From positions 56,227 through 120,226 of IMG/VR virus record IMGVR_UViG_3300043570_002257: a stretch of 64,000 nt of DNA. One strand, given 5' to 3'. Under the pieces are notes generated by a model. It ran no database searches. It saw only the letters and a program-made list of their open reading frames with translations, and had not been told where the DNA came from. Below are positions 57,175 through 64,000 of this stretch, piece by piece. Position 1 is the first letter of the stretch. Each line of letters starts with the position of its first letter. The stretch is from a virus. A program made the translations under genes and the position numbers.

Positions 57175-60100
57175 TATCTTGAACTATTAAGATGTTTTGA
57201 GTTTGTTAGTTTTAATATCATTTTTTTGTCACCACTTACATTCTTGCGTAAGATTACTTTGTTTCCATAATGTCTAAACTTTTTATGTTCAGTTGGTGTT
57301 TTAAAGTAATTTACATAATCTGGATTTATTGTTCTTTCATAACCAGAACATTTTGTAATCCACATTGGTATATCATTTCCTGTAAACTCACCTCTATCCT
57401 TTGTAACATCCCAAAACTGATTAAATCTAAACTTGTTTTCTTCTTTAGAAAAAAGTATGTTAATACCATTTGCTGTTGCTTGTGGGTAATTAACCAACTC
57501 TAATGGATTGTTCTTGCCTTTAAGTTTAAGTTTTAATAAACCAGACATTTGTTCTGAGTTATGTATAATTGCTCTGTCAAAGTTTTCATCAAGAATATGA
57601 TTAAAATCTTTACCATCATTAAAGAACTTATATACGTCTAGTGTATACTCTATGCTTCTAAGTGTTGTTACACTGTTAGGAGTTGTCACAGGATACTCTA
57701 CTTCCCATGGATAATCTACACCATAGTAATTAGCAAAACTATCCCAGCGATCATTGTGTTTCCAAAAACCATTACCTTTAATTGTAAAGAAGTGTTCATG
57801 TGAAGGCATCAATAAACTAGGTTTCCAATCATGGAAACTTATCCATAACTTTTGTTTTGGATCATAACTTATTGTCCAACCACATGGTGTAAAACACTTA
57901 GGGTCATCATATTCACATGGACATTTAATTAATTCAGGTTGAACTACAATAATCTCTAATTCACAAATGTTTGTGAGATCATCTTTAGTACTTATTAATT
58001 GATAAGTAGTATTTATTACAGGTGATACAGTTATTGAATCTGTTGCGTTTACAGTAATATTATTTGGCATAAGCACAACAGAATCTGGTCCACCATCAAC
58101 AGACCATGTTAATGTTATTGATTCACCTAAATTTATTGTGTATGGTGAAGATTCAAATGTACAACTCAGATCTACTACTGGGCATGGTACATTTAAAATT
58201 GTATCAGATATGATAGTATTTACAATACCAGAAAGAGATGTACTTTTTGTACCTCCTGTAGTATCTGCATAAATATTATGTACTATATTTATTGCAAATG
58301 GAATAATTGGTAGGTCATTACTAACACCTACACCTGTAGCAATTGGAAATATTTTTATTCCAGCTGCTGCAGCATTGTCTGCAATTACTTGAACTCTTGC
58401 AAGATCTACACCAGGATCAAACACATCATCTGTGCCAGAAGGTCTAGCATCTGTAACCATTATGATTACTTTAATTGCTTCTGGTCTAAAAGTTCCTGCA
58501 TCACCATCAATTGCCATTTGTATACCAACATCTGTTGGTTCTGGTTCCATCTCACCATTTCCTATAGTAACAGCTTGCAATGCAGCATTAAATGATGTAA
58601 TGTTATTTAAAGACATTGTATGTCTTACAACATTAAGTACAATGTTTGATTGATCTACTGTTATTAAACCAAACCTATAATTATTGTTAGATTTTATTGC
58701 AGCATCAGCAGCAATATTTACAATACTTTGTTTAATATTTGTCAATACACCACCCATGCTTCCTGTAATATCAATTACAAAAACTAAATCTAATGGCGCT
58801 ATACAAGGTGTAACTGGTTCCTCTGCCATCAACATAATTGGAGCTGGCGTAGAAAATTCAGGTATAGTGCCTTGTAATGTAGCAGGTCCAGTTTCACCAC
58901 AACTATAAAAAGGAGAAACTAAAATTTGGTAATGTGCTTCGTTATTTAATGTTTCTGTAAAAGGAAAAGAACCTCTTACATAATTTATTACAGAAGGAAA
59001 AGTATAGGTATTTGTAGGATAGTTTACTGCAGTACCAAGCATCAAAATAGGATAAGTCCACGCTAAAGAACCATCAAGATCTAAAACTCCTTTTCTTATT
59101 TGAATACCATATTGTTGTGGATTTTCTTGATTACTTGCTAATGTAGGATGTTCCCAGTTTATTGTCAATGTTCCATCAGGATTAAGTCCTGTGGTTGATA
59201 TTGTAGTAACTGGTACAGGTACACACTCAGTAGGATCTCCTCCACCACCTGTGGTTCCACATGGATAGTAAGGTACACCTGAAGGATCATCAAAATGTAA
59301 ATCTGATCTTAAAGGAATATAATCTTTCTTTGTAAAGTATACTAACTCATACTGAGGATCATAAATTGCTTGTACTCCAATACCTGCTACAGGATTATCA
59401 TACAATGGATAATCTGGATATTGACGTAATAATTCAGAAGGTAAGTTTTCAGCAAACCAGAACTTTAAACCATTTCTAGATATCTCATTAAGACTACCTG
59501 CGTAATGCATAATCTTACCTGATTTCTGAGAAGCATAAAATAAACCATGTGGTGTATTTACTGCAGATCTTGAAGAAATACAAGCACCATATTCTAAAGC
59601 ATCATCTGCATTAGTAATACTTTGCATATTTTGTTGGAATAATCCACCATCACCAATGGTAATTTTTACACCACCTTTAGTTTGTAACTGATCAACCCCA
59701 ACAAATTGTGTAGGTTCATCATTCTCAAATAAGATAATAGCACCAGTACCATTTAAAGATTTTATTGTACTGATTTTTCCTCCAAAATCTTTATAGTTAA
59801 GAGGTAAGAAGTTTCTCCAGTTGTCTCGTTTAAGACCTGACTGCTGTTGGAGAGAGTACACTCCACGTTTAGGGTAGTACTCAAAACATGTGCTATAGAT
59901 AGCTGGGTCATAGTCCCTAGGTAAAATTTGTCCCCAGGTTGCAAAGTTGTTGAATAATTTTGATGTGCTGAGTGATAAGTCATATTTGTTATAAATTGGT
60001 TTAGTTATTAAATCTGATCTAAACATTGTAGCCTCATCATTAAATGAGTTACCATATACATCATAGAACTTTTGAAAATCTTCTTCACCATAATCTCTAA

Positions 60101-63100
60101 ATGCCATATTAAGTTCAGACTCAGTATAGAAATCTCTAATACCATTATGGAATAAATATGCAAAACAGTTTCGTAATGTCAAATAAGGTTCAGTACCAGG
60201 TCTGTCTAATCTATGAAAATCACTAGGTGTTGTAAAATCTAACTGTGGTATAATAGGAATGTTCAATATTTTTTTAAATGATAAATCTACATCAAAATCA
60301 GTTGCATCAAATTTATCATAGTCAATCCAATACCTTGGTACAGGTCCATTTACATAATTTCTATAATTATACTCAGTAGTATTTGGCATATCAAACATCC
60401 ATGTATTAAAAAACATGTATGGATTTTTTTCAGTATATCTATTAATATAGATGTCACCACCAAATATTGTTGATGTTGAATAAGTAGTTGTTAACTGAGG
60501 TTCTGTTGAGTATATACAAGAATCTGTTGGCAGTTGAACTATTGACGTTAATTGACCGTATTGATTTTCAAAATCTACTTTTAATGCACCATAGTAAGCT
60601 ACAGTATTTGTTATTACAGAATCTTTAGTAGGATTTGAACGATCAATTCCTCCATCTCTAACTCTATGCTTTGTGTTATCTATTATAGATACAACATTTG
60701 GTAAATCAGATGTTAACTTAACAGCAACATATTTATTTCTATTAAGATTATTAATTCTATATGTTGCATCTAAATCATGAATTCCTGAACCAATATATTT
60801 AGTTCCTGAATCTGCAACTTTTCTTCTAAAAGCATTAGGTAATCCAGAAGGTACATCAGAATTTGATACATTAGAGTATGAGTCATAAAATCCATGACTA
60901 TTATACTGAAGCATGTATTGTCTTTCCTTACCAAGTTTTCTTAAAATATCTAAAGTTTGATCTATGCCTTGCCCTAAATAGTATACAGCTGTTGTTGCCA
61001 TTACTAGAAGTCCTGCAACTGCAGCTGTAGAACCTATAATATTTGAATATGCTCCTGCTATTAAATCAGGTACTATGGTTGCTGGTCCTGTATCTCTTGA
61101 AGAAGTAGTACCTTTTTCATAACCAGCTCCAAATGGTGCAGCCCAAAAAGTGTCGTGTCCTGTTGTGGTAGTTTTACCAACAGCAGAAACTACTGCAATA
61201 CCCAATCCTACAATACCTGCTAATATAAAAGCAGCATCTGATAAGATTACATGTTTTGGATGTTTATGAGGATATTCATATTTACCTGTTACTTTACCTC
61301 TTTCTTCTGTATAAATTTTAATATAGTTAGAACCAACATAAGGTTTAACAAAGTTTGTTTCTACACCATGAAAAGAAAAATAATTTTTTTTATGAGTATC
61401 AAGTTTAGATCCTGATTCAACTCCAGATTGAGTTCCTCTACCTTCATCAAGTATAGAATAGTCATTACTTAAAAAGTTATCAGGTCTAATGTCATTATAA
61501 GGATAGTTTTGAAACAATCCTTTTCTTTGAGTATTTCCTTGAATGTCAAACTCAAACATGTTGTTAAATAATCCTTTAGCAACAATAGTTCTATTTCCTT
61601 CTCTTGATCCTCTTAATATTTCATATCCTACAACATCTTTTATTGGAGTAAGTGTTTCATCTACTGGATGTTGAACATTAGAAAATTCTACACCTAAATT
61701 ATAAATATACTCTCCACCTTGACTGTGAATATGAATAGTTTCATTAGAAGGCATCTTGTGATGTCTAATTGGTTTACCACATAATGTTCCCCAAACATCT
61801 GGTTTATCATCAGGATATCTTTCTGTTGATTCCCAATACGCCATATCACCTTTAGCAATGATAGCACCACCATCTTTGGTAGTACCAGATGCTACATATT
61901 TTGTTGCAGTATCATACACCTGCCATACTTCAGTTTCTGAAGGATTAATAACGTCAGATGTTGATACAGGATTTGTATCTATTCCTGTAGATATTCTACC
62001 AGGAATATGAAAAGATGCACTTCTAGCACCAGTCTTATATACCCATCTAATAAAAAATGCATATACTTCATCACGCATATAACCTGTAACATTACCTCCA
62101 TTGTGATAATAGTCTGAAGGAAATTGTGCAGCAACCCACTGCACTTTTATATCATTTGCTTGTTTTTGATAATTAAAGTATGGTTGTGTAGTTACTCCTG
62201 TTCTGATAAGATAGTTATTAACAGAGTGCATTTTCTCACTCTTTTCATATACTATTGACTTCAAAGGTATTAATGCAAGTTCAACAGTTTCTAAACTTTG
62301 ATTATATAAATCAAGATGTACTGATGTTTGTCTAGTTGAATAGTAACCTATTTTTTTTGCTATTGTTTGTTGATTAATAACTGCAATAACAACAAGTTCA
62401 TACTCATCATAATCCTTATCTAAGTTGCTTACAATAATATCTAAAGAACCACCTATTCCAGTGTGGTCCCATAATGCTTGTGGTTGACTTGGTATTGAAT
62501 AGTCTGTAAGTCTTATTCCATTTTCTGAATAAGCTACTACAGCCATATAACTACCATTATTCAATTGACCAGATCCTTGTGCTTTTTTTACATCCACACA
62601 TGGTTGAGTTACAAGAGGATGTAATCTTAATGCATCACAATCTAAATCAGTTGTATATTCTGGAATAAAACAATCAGGATCTTGAGACAAGTTATTACCT
62701 GTTGTCTTGTAAGGAATTCTATCTAAGTTTAAAGTTCTATCAGGATTTAAATTATCTTGAAAGAATGTAGAAAAAGTGCAGTCATAATTTTCTTTTGTAA
62801 CTGCAGTAATCAAATTAGTTTTTTTAAAACCAAGACATGGATCATTTATAACTACTGTATATGAACAATCTCTTTCATCAAAAATACCAATCTCAGAAGA
62901 AACATTATTTGTAGAAAATATAACCCATGAAGTTTTAGATTTATGAGATATTCCAATTACATCATAAGTTGCGTTTACACAAAACTTATTAGAGGGTTCG
63001 TTACCAATAGAACCAGTCTCACCATAGTGAGCATTGTTTATGGCATTAACAGCATTAGTCCAAAGACCTTCTGATATGTAAATATCAGTATAGTCTTTAA

Positions 63101-63161
63101 CCATACCTTTATTAAAGGCATTAGTTTTGGCAGCACTTGTATTTGTAAAATTCTCGCTCAT
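57174..63161 (-). CDS. Tail stabilisation/muzzle protein (crAss-like, P22 gp10-related) with inserted FN3-vWA-Ig module
   Basis: N-terminal FNKGMVKD, MRDEVYAF, IRHHKMP, GGDIYI, YFTKKDY, WTISY and WISFHDW motifs; MIDAS-like DITGSM at about 58755-58775. Confidence 0.75.
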   Translation of the reverse strand: MSENFTNTSAAKTNAFNKGMVKDYTDIYISEGLWTNAVNAINNAHYGETGSIGNEPSNKFCVNATYDVIGISHKSKTSWVIFSTNNVSSEIGIFDERDCSYTVVINDPCLGFKKTNLITAVTKENYDCTFSTFFQDNLNPDRTLNLDRIPYKTTGNNLSQDPDCFIPEYTTDLDCDALRLHPLVTQPCVDVKKAQGSGQLNNGSYMAVVAYSENGIRLTDYSIPSQPQALWDHTGIGGSLDIIVSNLDKDYDEYELVVIAVINQQTIAKKIGYYSTRQTSVHLDLYNQSLETVELALIPLKSIVYEKSEKMHSVNNYLIRTGVTTQPYFNYQKQANDIKVQWVAAQFPSDYYHNGGNVTGYMRDEVYAFFIRWVYKTGARSASFHIPGRISTGIDTNPVSTSDVINPSETEVWQVYDTATKYVASGTTKDGGAIIAKGDMAYWESTERYPDDKPDVWGTLCGKPIRHHKMPSNETIHIHSQGGEYIYNLGVEFSNVQHPVDETLTPIKDVVGYEILRGSREGNRTIVAKGLFNNMFEFDIQGNTQRKGLFQNYPYNDIRPDNFLSNDYSILDEGRGTQSGVESGSKLDTHKKNYFSFHGVETNFVKPYVGSNYIKIYTEERGKVTGKYEYPHKHPKHVILSDAAFILAGIVGLGIAVVSAVGKTTTTGHDTFWAAPFGAGYEKGTTSSRDTGPATIVPDLIAGAYSNIIGSTAAVAGLLVMATTAVYYLGQGIDQTLDILRKLGKERQYMLQYNSHGFYDSYSNVSNSDVPSGLPNAFRRKVADSGTKYIGSGIHDLDATYRINNLNRNKYVAVKLTSDLPNVVSIIDNTKHRVRDGGIDRSNPTKDSVITNTVAYYGALKVDFENQYGQLTSIVQLPTDSCIYSTEPQLTTTYSTSTIFGGDIYINRYTEKNPYMFFNTWMFDMPNTTEYNYRNYVNGPVPRYWIDYDKFDATDFDVDLSFKKILNIPIIPQLDFTTPSDFHRLDRPGTEPYLTLRNCFAYLFHNGIRDFYTESELNMAFRDYGEEDFQKFYDVYGNSFNDEATMFRSDLITKPIYNKYDLSLSTSKLFNNFATWGQILPRDYDPAIYSTCFEYYPKRGVYSLQQQSGLKRDNWRNFLPLNYKDFGGKISTIKSLNGTGAIILFENDEPTQFVGVDQLQTKGGVKITIGDGGLFQQNMQSITNADDALEYGACISSRSAVNTPHGLFYASQKSGKIMHYAGSLNEISRNGLKFWFAENLPSELLRQYPDYPLYDNPVAGIGVQAIYDPQYELVYFTKKDYIPLRSDLHFDDPSGVPYYPCGTTGGGGDPTECVPVPVTTISTTGLNPDGTLTINWEHPTLASNQENPQQYGIQIRKGVLDLDGSLAWTYPILMLGTAVNYPTNTYTFPSVINYVRGSFPFTETLNNEAHYQILVSPFYSCGETGPATLQGTIPEFSTPAPIMLMAEEPVTPCIAPLDLVFVIDITGSMGGVLTNIKQSIVNIAADAAIKSNNNYRFGLITVDQSNIVLNVVRHTMSLNNITSFNAALQAVTIGNGEMEPEPTDVGIQMAIDGDAGTFRPEAIKVIIMVTDARPSGTDDVFDPGVDLARVQVIADNAAAAGIKIFPIATGVGVSNDLPIIPFAINIVHNIYADTTGGTKSTSLSGIVNTIISDTILNVPCPVVDLSCTFESSPYTINLGESITLTWSVDGGPDSVVLMPNNITVNATDSITVSPVINTTYQLISTKDDLTNICELEIIVVQPELIKCPCEYDDPKCFTPCGWTISYDPKQKLWISFHDWKPSLLMPSHEHFFTIKGNGFWKHNDRWDSFANYYGVDYPWEVEYPVTTPNSVTTLRSIEYTLDVYKFFNDGKDFNHILDENFDRAIIHNSEQMSGLLKLKLKGKNNPLELVNYPQATANGINILFSKEENKFRFNQFWDVTKDRGEFTGNDIPMWITKCSGYERTINPDYVNYFKTPTEHKKFRHYGNKVILRKNVSGDKKMILKLTNSKHLNSSR

Positions 63162-63532
63162 TACTCTTTGATGTTGTAATTTTTCTGACGTAATACTTTA
63201 TATATTGTTTCTGTCAAATGACCAACTAACCATGCTGTTGATTCCTCATCTGTTATATTTATATCTGTTAAAATTCTAACAGCTAAATGATATACTTCAT
63301 GAGAAATTAAATTTATAGTAAGTTTGTCTGATTCATAAACAATATAATATTCTAATCCTTTTTCACCTGGCATATCAAAAACACATCCTTGACTATCTGT
63401 AACGTCAACAATAGATTTTGTTTTTTTGTCAAGATAGTCTTGCATGTCTTGCATTTTCTCTACAACACGTAAGTTTATTACAGTGTCATAGATAGCAAGG
63501 TTTATTTTTTTTTTAAATATTTTAGCAGTCAT
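63161..63532 (-). CDS. Small zincin-like metallopeptidase
   Basis: HEVYH plus downstream EESTAW (HExxH...E). Confidence 0.6.
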   Translation of the reverse strand: MTAKIFKKKINLAIYDTVINLRVVEKMQDMQDYLDKKTKSIVDVTDSQGCVFDMPGEKGLEYYIVYESDKLTINLISHEVYHLAVRILTDINITDEESTAWLVGHLTETIYKVLRQKNYNIKE

Positions 63533-63999
63533 TAGATTCTACTCTTAAACATGTTATAGTAATTGTGATACTGTGCTTTTCTGTTCATCTCCCATGTTTG
63601 TTTTAACTCTCTAAAGTCAGGTGTGTTTACAAAAGATAAAGCGTTGTTTCTTGATGATCTAAGTTTTTGTTCTACTAATTGTAAATAATTAAGTACATTT
63701 TCACCAGACATATACAAGTTCTCATATATTCTTTGTTTCAAAGCATACTCATAATATTCATTTACCAATGGATGTTCCATTACCAAAAGATTTCCTTTAT
63801 CATCTTCCATCAAACTTTGGTAGTTGATATAAACAACACCCTCATCAAAGTTTGTTACTAAGAACCCATTTTTTATATAAGCTACATTAGGATCATGACT
63901 GTTTAAATTAAAACAATCAGCTGATACTGATTTACTTTTTTCAATTCTTAAAGGTATTAAATTAGAATGCTCATATCTTCTACCATTTAAATTATATGC
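63532..63999 (-). CDS. Tail ring/tubular protein (crAss-like), 5'-truncated by the window edge
   Basis: The frame stays open to the window end (AYNLNGRRY...IKNGFLVTNFDEGVVYINYQSLMEDDKGNLLV), so the ORF-track start at 63813 is internal. The motif resembles crAss-like ring proteins. Confidence 0.6.
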   Translation of the reverse strand, partial: AYNLNGRRYEHSNLIPLRIEKSKSVSADCFNLNSHDPNVAYIKNGFLVTNFDEGVVYINYQSLMEDDKGNLLVMEHPLVNEYYEYALKQRIYENLYMSGENVLNYLQLVEQKLRSSRNNALSFVNTPDFRELKQTWEMNRKAQYHNYYNMFKSRI

Positions 64000-64000
64000 T

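Noticed and set aside
1-64000. Stop-codon reassignment (TAG or TGA), known in some crAss-like phages
   Set aside because: Standard code gives uninterrupted ORFs up to 3782 aa with near-complete coding density, so there is no fragmentation to explain.

Overview
This AT-rich (roughly 30% GC), densely coding 64-kb window comes from a large lytic dsDNA phage of Bacteroidota, most consistent with a crAss-like (Crassvirales-related) phage. Standard genetic code reads through; no integrase, CRISPR, rRNA or tRNA was seen. From 1 to 8.8 kb the + strand carries nucleotide-metabolism genes: a DUF932-like protein, dNMP kinase, a class Id-type ribonucleotide reductase (nrdB-nrdA) and ThyX. An inverted lysis cassette (amidase plus four membrane proteins) interrupts this block. 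From 8.8 to 64 kb a - strand virion operon runs, in transcription order: ring protein, small HExxH protein, muzzle/tail-stabilisation protein with a vWA insertion, two proteins punctuated by x-x-x-G-G motifs, cargo proteins, a 3782-aa zincin/virion RNA polymerase fusion, a giant PD-(D/E)XK-domain protein, structural proteins, two long S74-chaperone tail fibres and a Cys-rich tip protein. The most striking unexplained feature is the 1191-aa ORF (and partly its 1049-aa neighbour). It looks like a polyprotein of small unrelated modules separated by about 12 diglycine motifs, suggesting a GG-directed processing system for virion cargo. All assignments come from motif reading and recall; no database searches were run.
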